A stretch of DNA of 64,000 bases from Flaccisagitta enflata (GCA_965153355.1 OZ231126.1:33170001-33234000), one strand, 5' to 3'; shown: positions 28,711-42,947, counted from the stretch's first letter. Numbers and translations: made by a program. Notes: generated by a model not told the origin, from the sequence alone.

Positions 28711-29694
28711 CAGGGTCTTCAATTACGGTTGACTTATTCTAAATAGATGGTGTGCCTCTCACGGTCATCACTCTGTATTTTTCTTTTTTTCCTCCTTCAG
28801 TATATTGTTTGACGTTTTTTGTATCAAAATTTCAAGGGTCTATGTCGACTAGTTTGTCTGTAGCACTAATTTGAAGTATTTCATGTATTCATGGTTTTGA
28901 CTAAAAAAGTTGATTGTTTATCAATGCCTTTTTTTTTAAATTTCTCTTATTTCAAAATGGATTGAGTTACAGATGCGAGATAGGTCTCAAGTTAAAGATG
29001 ATTTGATGTAGTTTTTTGTAATTACCTTGATCGGTTTGTCAGTAAGTCGGTCCGTTTGCTCTATGTCTTCCTATCCATCTGTCTCTCTCCATCCATCTGT
29101 TCATTGGTTCAAAATTCCCCAATGGTGACTTGTCATTAATGAGAGGATTTTGAATCACTTTCCCTGCCCAATTCCTAAGAAAGCCTTAGCATCACTGCTT
29201 CTGATTACCTTATTAAGACTGGGGGTGACATTGTTATGCCTTGTTCTGCAATTCTGATTGTTGTGCATGAACAAGGTTTTGGTGTCATGACACTATTTTT
29301 TTGACCTGGCAATCAACTTGACAAAAACTTCATCAAACAAATAATTTCTCACATGATTACTATAAAATGGTGATAAAAACTTTTTTCATTTCCTTCCCTG
29401 AAACTTCATCAAACCATCTTGTACTAATCTGGCATCTGTAGCTCAAACCGTTTAAAAATAAGTTACAAGAGGAAAAAAGTTTCAGAGAATAGTCGATTTT
29501 TTCAGTTTTGCCATGTATACATAAGGTACTTCAAATTAATGCTACGGACAAACTATTTGACTTGGACCTTTGAAATTTTGATACAAAAAACGTCAAACTA
29601 TATACTAAAAGAGGAAAAAAAGAAAAAGTCAGAGGGATGAGCATGAGAGGCACAGCTCTTATTTAGAATAAGTCAACCGTAATTGAAGACACTG
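28711..29694. mobile_element. Tc1/mariner-like MITE with long TIRs; decayed HINE nested at about 29015-29245
   Basis: TA TSD; cagggtcttcaattacggttgacttattctaaata / tatttagaataagtcaaccgtaattgaagacactg; arms match for about 150 bp. Confidence 0.9.
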
Positions 29695-30324
29695 TAGTGT
29701 TACTGTATGCGCTCTGCTTTTGAGGAACCGTTGTAAATGTTTAGTTTACCTGATGTCCCATCCTTGCCAGTTGCCACTGTTGATGCCTCTAGTGCTTCAT
29801 AAAATCGAAACATATTTTGTCCATCTGCTTTCGTCCCCATTGCCTTTTTATCAACGGAGTCTCCCATATGTGCCACTGGAGACGTAATAGTCTCTCTTTC
29901 ATCACCCTCATAGGGATGGAGTCTCCCATCTGTGCCATTGCCCATTAGTAAGCTACCTCATATTCCCACCAACTTGACGATTCTTTCCTCACTCCTTCCC
30001 CAGACATTCATTGTTGTTCTAAAGTTTCCGAATACGTCCTAAAATTTTCTAAAGTGTAAATCCCTCTCCCTCACTTGTGGACCCTCCCACCATTTTACCA
30101 TGAAGGAAATCCATCTGAACGAAAGATCGAGAGGGAAGCAAAGCCTCAAATCCTTTGAGAAAAAGAAAGGGGAAAAAACGTTTTTCTTTTCACCCCACAC
30201 GTAGTAAAACGTGTTGTTACATCGACCCGCTGTTAGAGAGGAATGAAATGCTTTCTATTTCTGTCTTTCTTCATTTTCCCCACTTCTACTTGTTTTCTTT
30301 CCCTTTCTTTTCCATTTTTTCTTT

Positions 30325-30353
30325 TTTTTTCTTTCTTTCTTTCTTTCTTTCGT

Positions 30354-30393
<40 letters not shown>

Positions 30394-30397
30394 TCGT

Positions 30398-30465
<68 letters not shown>

Positions 30466-30481
30466 TTTCTTTCTTTCTTTT

Positions 30482-30512
<31 letters not shown>

Positions 30513-30572
30513 ATCTTTCTTACCTCTTTCTTTCTTTGCTTTTTTCGTTCTTTCTTTGCTTTTTCCTTTCTG

Positions 30573-30659
<87 letters not shown>

Positions 30660-30660
30660 C
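30325..30660. repeat. (TTTC)n microsatellite
   Basis: Seen directly. Confidence 0.98.
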
Positions 30661-30918
30661 ACCCTTTTCTCTTTTTTTTTACTTCCCACGACTGGTAGCA
30701 TATGCGCTACAAGTCTCTCGCGAATAAACGGATAAAAGCAAAATTGTAAGACAACCTCATTTTTTAGCGTCAATAACATTTGTTGGAGTGGAGACTTTGT
30801 GAAGGCTGTATAAGAACGATGGACCACATTAGTGAATAAAGACCAAGAAGGCTAAAAATGCGTCCATGAATGAATGAATGAATGAATGAATGAATGAATG
30901 AATGAATGAATGAATGAA

Positions 30919-30953
<35 letters not shown>

Positions 30954-31088
30954 ATGAATGAATGAATGAATGAATGAATAAATGAATGGATGCAAAAAAT
31001 AAATGTATGTAAAATAAGTAAGATGTCAACCGACACGTCGCTGCTTATCTGATAAGCTTTGGATTTTGTGAACTAAACATTTGGTTAA

Positions 31089-31700
31089 GACGGCGAGCAA
31101 TTGATGCCAACATTAGTGTTTCACCCCATTTTTTCAACTACAGTTGAATAATTATGATGCAACAGATATTTTCATGAGACAAATTGTCTCCAGAAATACT
31201 CTGTGTGTATGTCTTTGTCATATGCAGCCATGAAAAGAACCATTAAATCAGCAATTCACATGAGAAAATCGAGGAAAATAAGGATTTTTAAGGAAATTAT
31301 GCTTACATTTTTTATCTTATTGCTGCTGTCAAAATTATAAGACTCAAAATTGCAAAGAAATTTTGCATTTCTAAGAACATAGCCGCCTCTGTGATCAATT
31401 TTGGAAGACGGCTATGTTCTTCATTTTTGTGTATTTTCATTTTCCATGCAAAGTTATAATTTTGACAAGCCTTCTATCAGTGAACAAATATCGAATTTTG
31501 AATATTTTCAAGTGAAAATGTTTAGTTGATGTTAGCTTCACTTGCTCTTTTGTATTATTTGTATGCAAATTTTGCAATAAGATATTTATTATGATATACC
31601 TCAATGATTTCTTAATATTTTTTCTTATTTTCATTCTCATAAAATTTTCTATTTTGACCCCTGATGACACACTAAATTTTTCAGTCAGATGCTCGCCATC
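31089..31700. mobile_element. TTAA-target element with purine ends (Kolobok-like)
   Basis: TTAA at 31085-31088 and 31701-31704; ends gacggcgagca / tgctcgccatc. Confidence 0.72.
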
Positions 31701-32149
31701 TTAACCAACCAACCAACCAACCTACCGACCCATGGACTGAGCTATAGACATTGAGCCTTATGGATGACGCTGCTGAAAAGGATTGGAAACTGTATGTGAG
31801 TCTAGCGCTCACCGGAAAACACACATCTGTTATTTGATCATGTGTCTAATGTGTATTTGGTTCAGAGGCTCTGAATACAAATGTGACCCTGTCACGCTTC
31901 CTCCTGGCATTAGCTTTCAAAGAGTCGGAGCAGGAAAAAAGAAAAAAGAATAGACACGTCTGGTCCTCAAAGGAGAGAGCACATGATAAATAAGTAAATC
32001 AAAGCTGTCAAAGAGCCACATGTATATTTGCGCGTACTGTTGATCTCTGATAGAAACTGCATTCATGGACGATTTCTCATGGAAAATATAGACAAGATTA
32101 AGGAAAAGGACAACAAGATCGACTACAACAACAACGGCAAAAAGAAACA

Positions 32150-32150
32150 G

Positions 32151-32248
<98 letters not shown>

Positions 32249-32290
32249 GCAACAACAACAGAAGAAGCAACAACACCAAACAACAACAAT
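32150..32290. repeat. (AAC)n microsatellite
   Basis: Seen directly; source of the poly-Q ORF 32028-32606. Confidence 0.98.
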
Positions 32291-32329
32291 CAACCGTTAC
32301 TTTTTCCTCGTTTTAGTTCGATGGGTAAA

Positions 32330-32622
32330 CAACAAGCCCGACCGGGCAACGATGCGTCCGGGCTGTGTCTCAGCGTGTATTGATCATGTGACATATATGT
32401 ATGGACAGACAGATGGACGAACAGACGGATGGACAGACTCTCAAAACATGTTGGTTGATCATTTGTTTCAATGTAGGGTATCACCGCGGCCAATAACAGC
32501 CGAGAAACATGGTTTTCGCACATGCGTGACGGACGGACGGACGGACGGACGGACGGACGGACCGACGGACGGACGGACAAACCCTCTTATAGAGATGCGT
32601 TCCTGACGGACGCATCTAAAAA
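32330..32622 (-). mobile_element. HINE-C subfamily copy (sister at 40299-40628)
   Basis: aacaagcccgaccgggcaacgatgcgtcc...(GACG)n...tagagatgcgttcctgacggacgcatctaaaaa, with matching ends in both copies. Confidence 0.85.
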
Positions 32623-32873
32623 GGAAGAGCATGAAAGGGAATAATATACAACGCGACGGCAATAAACGGCCGACGACTCAATATAAAACGCCTCGTCATT
32701 CATTACGAGACTTGTGCTTAGTAGTAGTACATTGTTTGTGCCATCACGTGACGGTTTTTAACGACGAAACGATAATCCTCCGCTTCTCTCTTCGCTTTTT
32801 CTGACTTTCCCGCTGTCTTTGTCTGTGTGTCTGTTTGTCTATATGTCTGTGTGTCTGTCCGTTTTATGTCTTA

Positions 32874-32879
32874 ACCATG

Positions 32880-32914
<35 letters not shown>

Positions 32915-33491
32915 ACAACTTTTTTAGCTTATTTCTGCTGAGCTAACGATATGAAATATAGAAAATCCATTGCCGTTTGAAAGATCTGCAAAAGATCTTT
33001 CAAACGCGACGTTGCTGGTAGTTCTAGCTTTATTCGTTTAGAAATGGCACAAGAATGAATGAAAACATTGCCATATTCAATTTTTCGATTCAATTGTATT
33101 CAAAAGGTTTTGAAAAGAAGTAATTCACTTTGACAAGCTCTAACTTCTAAACGGTTTGAGTTACAGATCTGGGATTGGTCTTGAATGAAAGAATATTCAA
33201 AAATCTTTGAAAGTACCTTAAAGAAAAAGTTAAAAGATATCTTTTTTCTCTGTTTTTTTTATGAACTAACAAAAAAGTACAGTTTTTTCAACTTGGCTTT
33301 TACAGTCTTTACCATCTACTCTTTATCCCTATGTCATTTCTAAACAAATAAAGCTACAACAACCAACATGGTCCCATTTTGAAGATCTTTTGAAGATCTC
33401 TAAAACGGTTATGGATTTTGCTATGTTTTTCTCTTTAGATGAATGTGAAACATTAAAAAACAATTAGTCTCTTTTTTTTTTTTGCCATGGT
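32874..33491. mobile_element. TA-flanked MITE with ACCATGGC-poly(A) termini
   Basis: TA|accatggcaaaa...gagacaa and agtctcttttttttttttgccatggt|TA; sister copy at 61323-62723. Confidence 0.85.
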
Positions 33492-33942
33492 TACTTTCTT
33501 TTTGTTTGTCTTTGCCTTTGTAACTATCGATGTCTCTATTTCTGTGTCCATTTCCGCGTATGTCTCTGTCTAACCGTCAGTTTCAGTTTATCATCCTCTA
33601 CGTTTCTGACATTGTCTTTGTTTTTCTATCGGTCTCTGTCTGTTTCTTTGTCCATCTATGTCTCTTCACTGTCAAATACGGTTGCTCTTATTGTCATTAT
33701 CATTAATATCGACATTTTATTTTGCATGCGATACCTACCTAGATAGCCCAACATTGCTCCTAATATTGAAATTTGTAGAAAGAGATAAACAGACGAAACC
33801 AGACTGAGAGATAAAGAATTCTTAAGAGACGACAAAAGAAAGAAAAAAAAAGGGGGGGGGAACTGCATTTACCATCAAAGCATCGTAAACGATGGAACCT
33901 CTTCTAATCACCATTAAGAGACAAAAACGAAAGACATCTGCT

Positions 33943-33979
<37 letters not shown>

Positions 33980-34004
33980 ATGGTTGTCTGCCTGATTCTC
34001 TATC

Positions 34005-34755
34005 TTTTTGGGCAGCGGCTCTGAAGGGGACGAAGTCCTGTAGAACACGGGGGGACTTCTGTTCGTCCATTTGTTTGTTTGTTCATTCGTCCGTTTGTCC
34101 TTCCGTTCGTCCCCCAGGCCCCTCTCAGGTCTGAAATCTGCCCTCTTAGGCCTGATATCTGCCATCTCAGGCCCTGAAATCTGTCCTCTCAGGCCTTGAA
34201 TCTGCCCTCTCAGGCCAGAAATCTGCCCTCTCAGGCCTGAAATCTGCCCTCTCAGGCCCTGAAATCTGTCCTCTCAGGCCCTGAAATCTGTCCTCTCAGG
34301 CCTTGAATTTGCCCTCTCAGATCTGAAATCTGCCCTCTCAGGTCTGAAATCTGCCCTCTCAGGCCTAAAATCTGCCCTCTCGGGCCCTGAAATATGTCCT
34401 CTCAGGCCTTGAATCTGCCCTCTCAGGCCTTGAATCTGCCCCTCGGGCCTGACATCTGCCTGCTCGGGCCTAGGCTCGAGAACAATTTCAGGCCCTGAGA
34501 GAGCTGATTTCAGGCCGGAGAGATTTCAGACCTGAGAGGGCAGGGGGAAGTGGACGGATGGAAGGATGGACGGACAGACGGACGGACGGACAGACGGACG
34601 GACGGTCGGACGGACGGACAAAAGTCCCCCTGTGTTCTACAGGACTTCGTCCCCTTTGGGGCTGCCGCCCTGCTTCCTCTCACTCCATTTCACAATCATG
34701 CAAAGCAGGGCAACGGGGATCGCTGAACACATCTTGCCCTTGGGCGACCTGTTTT
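34005..34755 (+). mobile_element. HINE-B copy with a 21-22-bp array (AAATCTGCCCTCTCAGGCCTG)n
   Basis: Sub-terminal IR gggcagcggc...ggggacgaagtcctgtagaacacggggga / tccccctgtgttctacaggacttcgtcccc; tail ends gcccttgggcgacctgtttt. Confidence 0.83.
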
Positions 34756-34820
34756 AACTACGTTTGTCTGCTTGTATGTCACTCTGCGACTTTCTGTCTG
34801 TCTTTCTGTCTCTCTGTCTT

Positions 34821-34861
<41 letters not shown>

Positions 34862-34873
34862 ATATCTGCTTGT

Positions 34874-34939
<66 letters not shown>

Positions 34940-35174
34940 TCTCTCTCTCCCTTTTTTTCTCTTTTCGCCCGTTAGTGTCTCTGTGATTCTCTGATGGTTT
35001 GGCTTTTGTAAAATGGCATGTTTCTCTCATTCCCGCATTGTCTCAAACCTAATTGTTTTGTTTCGTCCTTGGGTTGAAACGACTTAGTCATTCACTCTAC
35101 ATTCCGTACTGATGGGTTTAAAACTCCTTTGAAAGAGGCATAAAGCGCGCGAGACCGAGTAACACAATTCCACA

Positions 35175-35319
<145 letters not shown>

Positions 35320-35548
35320 TTTTTGTTAAGGGAATTTAATTCATTTGAAATATTTTTTGTTTTGTACGACTTATACAACAGAGGCAATTTCAATTTACGG
35401 TGGTTGTTACGGAAAATGCGAGAGCCACTCACACGCTTACGCGCACGCACACGCTTTCTGGCTCGCTTTTTCACCGTTTACAGCTACTAATTACGTGTAT
35501 TTGATATCGTTTTTTCATCCATCTCTCTTGGAACACTGAACCCGAGTA

Positions 35549-36447
<899 letters not shown>

Positions 36448-36781
36448 TGATAGACCACAACTTAATACCCATGAACATTATTGATCGTCTGTGCGCAGTT
36501 TTGCAACTCGCTCTGACAGTCTATTGACTGTCGGTCGGTCCGTCAAATTGTATCAATTTGCTTTTCTGGCGTTATAGTCACGACTGCCCCTGGCCCTGAC
36601 AAATGACTGTGTCACTGCCCCTACCCAGCCTAGTTTCTCGATCAAAATTCTCCGTTGGTACATCGGACAGTCGGTCAGCCGGTCCGTACTTCCTGCGGTA
36701 ATCCCTCATCGAAGTTCAAACAATCGAGTGACGTTCTTTTTACCATCAACGTTGGTTGGTTCTTTCGCAAAAGAAAAACAG

Positions 36782-36880
<99 letters not shown>

Positions 36881-36974
36881 GTCGCACGCTCGTGCACGTG
36901 CTTTCTGGCCTTTGGGTTGTAGACGTTCCAATGATATAAGAAATGACAATCTCAACTCTTTTCTTAACTCCCTA

Positions 36975-37576
36975 CAGTGGGGTTCGTGGAATAACAGCCT
37001 AAACTGGAGGAAGGTATTTAAGTGTCTTAGTTTCATTTGGCAAACTTGATATTTGAAATTTGAGTTGTTAACTTGATGCTTTTGTCCCTGAGTTTTTCGG
37101 TTGCTATGGAAACCAAAATTATTTTTTCAAACATTTATAACCACTAAAATATCAGTATTCTGAGAAATATTGTCAGGGAACAATGCTCAAAATTGAATTT
37201 GCTACAACTTTCCCACAGTATGTTCTGTAAGAATATTGCTCGTTTGGCCGTTGCTGGAGGGCATCACACCTAGCAACTGCTAAATGATGCTCCCTAGCAA
37301 CGGCTAAACGAGCAATATTCTTACAGGACATACTATGGGAAAGTTGTAGCAAATTTAATTCTGAGCAATGTTCCCTGATAATATTTGTCAAAATATCGAT
37401 ATTCTAATTGTTATAAATGTTCAAAAAAATAATTTTGGTTTCCATAGCAACCGAAAAACTCAGGGACAAAAGCATCAAGTAAACAACTTATATTCAAAAT
37501 ATCAAGTTTGTCAAATAAAATTAAGACACTTAAATACCTTCCTCCAGTTTAGGCTGTTATTCCACGAACCCCACTG
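36975..37576. mobile_element. Fold-back MITE with CAGTGGGG termini, TA TSD; inner core homologous to the CAGTAGAT family
   Basis: TA at 36973-36974 and 37577-37578; outer ~55 bp perfectly complementary; palindromic throughout. Confidence 0.93.
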
Positions 37577-37852
37577 TATCTTATTTTCCTCACTTCCCGT
37601 ATTCTATCCAAAGTTAAATTGAAAACGAATCTTGGCAGAGTCGGCCGCGCAAGAATGCCAAGGACTCGAGAAGAATTTCAATTGCGTAAGTCGGGGCAAT
37701 GACAGAGAAAAACGGATTCCTTTAAACAACGGTCGAAGCGTGATCTCTCCTCTATCTTAGATATCTCAGCGCAGGAATGACAAACAATGAGAAGTAGAAA
37801 ATGAAGGAGAGTCAGAGACGGAGACATATATGGGGAAAATCCACAAGATTTC

Positions 37853-37959
<107 letters not shown>

Positions 37960-38149
37960 CGCGCAAAGTCATGTATAGGGCAACTCTTAAAAGGCGCGAC
38001 GCGCGATTCAGTTAAGACAAAAGGCATTAGAAACGTGTTGCCTGTTGGCAAAAGGAGGGAAATAAAACAATAGAACCGGAGAAATTGAACACACTAAAAT
38101 AGGGGGAAAAGCTGATGAGGAGAAAAAAGAACAGATTATCAGAAAAATA

Positions 38150-39082
<933 letters not shown>

Positions 39083-39346
39083 GCATCAGAAATGAAAAAT
39101 AATTTTGAATAATTACCTTTCTGTACTTTTAGTCCCGGCGCTTTAAGATTAAAAATACTTGCCCAATCGAGCTCACAATTAGAATTCCAAATCAGCATAT
39201 TGTTCTTCACTATTAGGACAGCGGTCCTAATTTTTCTCTTTTCCGTTTAGGAATAAACAAATTTTGAAAAAAAGATCTGATGAACCTATCATTTAGTGAA
39301 TAAGGAGGATATCTAGGCAACGAGTGAAGGAGCTTTTCCCCAATGA

Positions 39347-39430
<84 letters not shown>

Positions 39431-39494
39431 ACGAAAGAAAGAGAAAAAAGAAAACCTCGAGTATAACAAAAGGGGTAAAACAAAATGAAAGAGG

Positions 39495-39698
39495 AACAAG
39501 GCCGGATACACGGCCACCAGTTGCGGACGGGTGGGCAGGGGCGGAAATGCGCGTTTTCCCACTTTTCGACTCAATGGTTACGGACGGACGGACGGACGGA
39601 CGGACCGACAGACGGACGGACCGACGGACGGACAGACCGACGGACGGACGGACCGACGGACAAAGCCTGTTATAGAGTTGCGTGTCCGCAACTAAAAA
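39495..39698 (-). mobile_element. HINE-A subfamily copy (agttgcggac type); related copies at 50474-50625, 53428-53570, 55259-55398
   Basis: Hairpin ggccggatacacggcc, sub-TIR agttgcggac / gtccgcaact, (GACG)n, ends in an A-run. Confidence 0.87.
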
Positions 39699-40850
39699 TT
39701 AAGGGCAAGGCCGAGTGCTTCAGCGCTTTAGTCTTAAAACTGTTTTCATCACCAGCCTCATAAAGGAATATGATGCAAACTGGTCCATAAATCACAACGA
39801 AAGAAGGACGAACCATTGCAGCGTGGGCATGCGTGGACCCTGCATACACTGTTCACAGTATAATTCAATCGATGGCTTGTTTCAAGGCATTGTCAAATAT
39901 GACACTGTGAGAAAGTCTGAAGTCATGATCTGAACAATTGAAAATTCATGCGGTGCTAAAGGACAAAATTTGAAAACAAAAGTTTCAGACTACATATCCT
40001 CTTGCAATAGATAATGAAGATTCAGGTCAATGGAAAACAGGCTGGGTCACATCTTTGAACCATCGATCCGTAAAAATTCAAAAGCAGACGTTTTCATGGT
40101 AGATTTTTCGTGAAAAGAATAGAGAGGACGTTGACGTTACAACGACCAGGAAAGATAGTGGTAGATAGGAAAGAAGGTTAAAATGGCGAGGGAGATCGAG
40201 GGTAAATGGTCGCGGGGGTAAGGTGGGGGGGGGAGATGGGATGATGGAAAAGAGGTTGGTGGGAGTCGGAATGAGAGGAGTCTAGGAGAAGAGAGGGAAA
40301 CAAGCCCGACCGGGCAACGATGCGTCCGGACTGTGTCTCTGCGTGTATCGATCATATGACATAGGAGACAGATAGATGAACAGACGGATGAAATGACTGA
40401 GTAGTAAAGGATGCTCTTAAAACATGTTGGTTGATCATTTGTTTCAGTAGGATCTCACCAAGGCCAAAAACAGCCAAGAAACGCAGTTTTTGCACAGGCG
40501 TAGCGGTTGGACAGACCGACGGACGGACGGACGGATGGACGGACGGGCGGACGGACGGACGGATGGACCGACGGACGGACGGACAGACCTTCTTATAGAG
40601 ATGCGTTCCTGACGGACGCATCTAAAAAGAAGGAACCCCCCACTACACAGTAATACTTCGCCTAAGGAACGCCTCAGATTTCACTCTGCTCCAACTTCGT
40701 TCTACTTCGTTCTAGTCTGTTCTAGCTCCGTTCCAGATTCTGACTCCGCTCTTCTCTGATCTGAAACGAAGCTCGGTTCTAATGCGGAGCTCGGTTTTTA
40801 CGTGACAGATTCGTATCAGATAATAGATTAGAAAGCGGATTGATGAGAAT

Positions 40851-40963
40851 TTTTTTAGGTGCGACAAAGCACCTCTTTAACTGGCTGTGTCCGTCTGTCG
40901 GTCGGTAACGCATTCGCTCGACGATCCACGCGTCGCACCTTATTGGCCTACTTGGCCTTGTTT
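40851..40963 (+). mobile_element. Minimal ~110-bp HINE
   Basis: tttttaggtgcgacaaagcacct...(GTCG)...gtcgcacct, hairpin ggcctacttggcc, then ttgttt. Confidence 0.8.
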
Positions 40964-41014
40964 CTGAGAAATACGACAAGAACGTAAACTACGATGACGA
41001 CGACGACAAAGAAG

Positions 41015-41099
<85 letters not shown>

Positions 41100-41196
41100 C
41101 TTTTCATCAATTACTCTCTTTAGGACGCACTGAAACTGACCCATAGGACAAACTAACCAATCGCATTGGATTTCTATTTTGTAACTGCCTGCTTAA

Positions 41197-41402
41197 TTTT
41201 TAGTCGCGTGCTACGCGACTCTACACCCCGCTTTGTCGGTCCGTCCGTCCGTCCGTCGGTCCGTCGGTCCGTCACACTTTACTTTTTTTGGGTTTTTGCA
41301 GTCTTTGGCCTCACTGCTCCTGCCCAATTAATCAAGTGACCTCAAATACGGCCCCTGCCCACCCGCACGCGACTGGGGTAGCCGTGTATCCGGCCTTGTT
41401 TT
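41197..41402 (+). mobile_element. HINE-A reference copy (Helentron/DINE-1-like architecture)
   Basis: T-run insertion with no TSD; 5' palindrome agtcgcgtgctacgcgact; (GTCC)n; 3' sub-TIR gcacgcgact; hairpin gccgtgtatccggc; ttgttt. More than 20 relatives in the window (e.g. 11840, 12353, 16964, 17868, 46300, 48972, 49300). Confidence 0.9.
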
Positions 41403-41543
41403 CCAACTATTTATGTTTAATCACATAAAAGGAATCATCTTTTATAGCCAAATGGTAGAATGGGAAATAGGAATGAAGGAAATTCGACTATGAAGTTATG
41501 AAAAGGTGAAAAAAATTAATAACAATCGATTTTTTTCAGCTCA

Positions 41544-41682
41544 CACAGAATTCCAAATTTGCATAGGAAATCAAAATTTCCATGAATAAAGAACATAGCG
41601 CGCTCAGTAACTGAGTTAGAGATCGCGCTATGTTCTTATTTTGTTGAGATTTTGATTTTCTATGCAAATTTGGAATTCTGTG
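41544..41682. mobile_element. 139-bp palindromic MITE
   Basis: cacagaattccaaatttgcatag / ctatgcaaatttggaattctgtg; right flank TA, left flank ca. Confidence 0.78.
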
Positions 41683-41945
41683 TAGATCATAGTACAACAA
41701 CAAATGGAAATTTTAACTGCATTTTGTCTATTTTTTTTTACCATATAATTCACTATGCAAGACTTGAACTGACTTATTGTAATCAATACATGCAAAATAT
41801 ATCTATTCACATGTTAATTGATAACATCTAAGCAAAAAATTTTGTCATATTTGATTTTATGAAAATCACGATTCATCTGGCTTGGGTAGCTAATTCTATG
41901 GTAATTTTCAGTGCGTCATAGGCAGCGGCCCCAAAGGGCATACAC

Positions 41946-42402
41946 TTTTTGGGCAGCGGCCCCGAAGGGGCTGATGACCTATGCTTTCACATATGCAGAA
42001 ATTTCTCCTCCTCCTCCGTCCGTACCCCCCCCCTCGGCCTCATGGCCCAAATCCTGGCCTTGAGACCCAAATCCCAGCCTTGAGGCCTAAATCCTAGCCT
42101 CAAGGCCCAAATCCCAGCCTTGTGGCCCAAATCCTAGCCTTGGGGCGCAAAACCCAAGCTTAAGGCTCAAATCCTAGCCTTGGGGCCCAAAACCTAGCTT
42201 TGAGGCCCAGATCCCAGCCTTGAGGCCCAGATCCCAGCCTTGAGGCCCAAACTCCAGCCTTGAGGCCCAAATCCCAGAAACTTACTAAGCATAGGTCATC
42301 GGCCCCTTCGGGGCCGCTGCCCCTTTAACCACCTCATACCCACGTATACTCAGATAGGGGCAACGGGTACCGCTGACCATCTAACGCTTTTGCGACTATT
42401 TT
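41946..42402 (+). mobile_element. HINE-B copy with 21-bp array (AAATCCCAGCCTTGAGGCCCA); sister copy at 55608-55986 (minus)
   Basis: gggcagcggccccgaaggggctgatgacctatgctt / aagcataggtcatcggccccttcggggccgctgccc; tail ends cgcttttgcgactatt. Confidence 0.87.
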
Positions 42403-42452
42403 TTCTTATAAGAACATCACATTTTGGGCAAGCTTTCAATGTTTTTAAATTA

Positions 42453-42880
42453 CACTCTTTTTTTTTTATAAGAACCTAGTTTATGAGAACATCAAGGCTT
42501 TGAGCGGCCTCAAAATTAAGAACATCTCAAGAACATACAAAGGTTTCAAATCTTGAGAAAAAAAATTTCGCTTACGATGATATTTAAAAAACATTAAGAA
42601 AACATTTCAATTTTAGTATATTTAAGATAATATTTTATGATTTTTAAATAGATATCATGAAAATAGCCCTACACTTTAATGATTGTCATTTGTTTAAACA
42701 GTATTTGATAGAAAAATATTTAGTATAATTGAATAATAGTATATTACAAGGTTTCCTATAATCTATGTAGTATTTGAAATTAAGAACGCTCTTAAGAACA
42801 TTGAAGGCTTCATTTGACTTTGAAAATAAGAACATGAAGCCTTCGAAAAAAAAGTGACGTTCTTATAAAAAAAAAGAGTG
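42453..42880. mobile_element. TA-flanked MITE (CACTCTTTT...ATAAGAAC family)
   Basis: TA|cactcttttttttttataagaac ... gttcttataaaaaaaaagagtg|TA; taagaac direct repeats. Confidence 0.87.
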
Positions 42881-42947
42881 TATGGGTAATTTCAAAACTA
42901 AAACATTTCTAAATCATTTTTAATTTAAAGATTTTTTAACCTTAAAT

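Noticed and set aside
39770..40102. Protein-looking frame interrupted by TAA/TGA (pseudogene or TGA recoding)
   Set aside because: Four internal stops in 110 codons is close to what random AT-rich DNA gives; no family recognised and no basis for a variant genetic code.
41197..41402. tRNA-derived SINE interpretation of the abundant short repeats
   Set aside because: No Pol III A/B boxes, poly-A tail or TSD; the structure fits Helentron/HINE.
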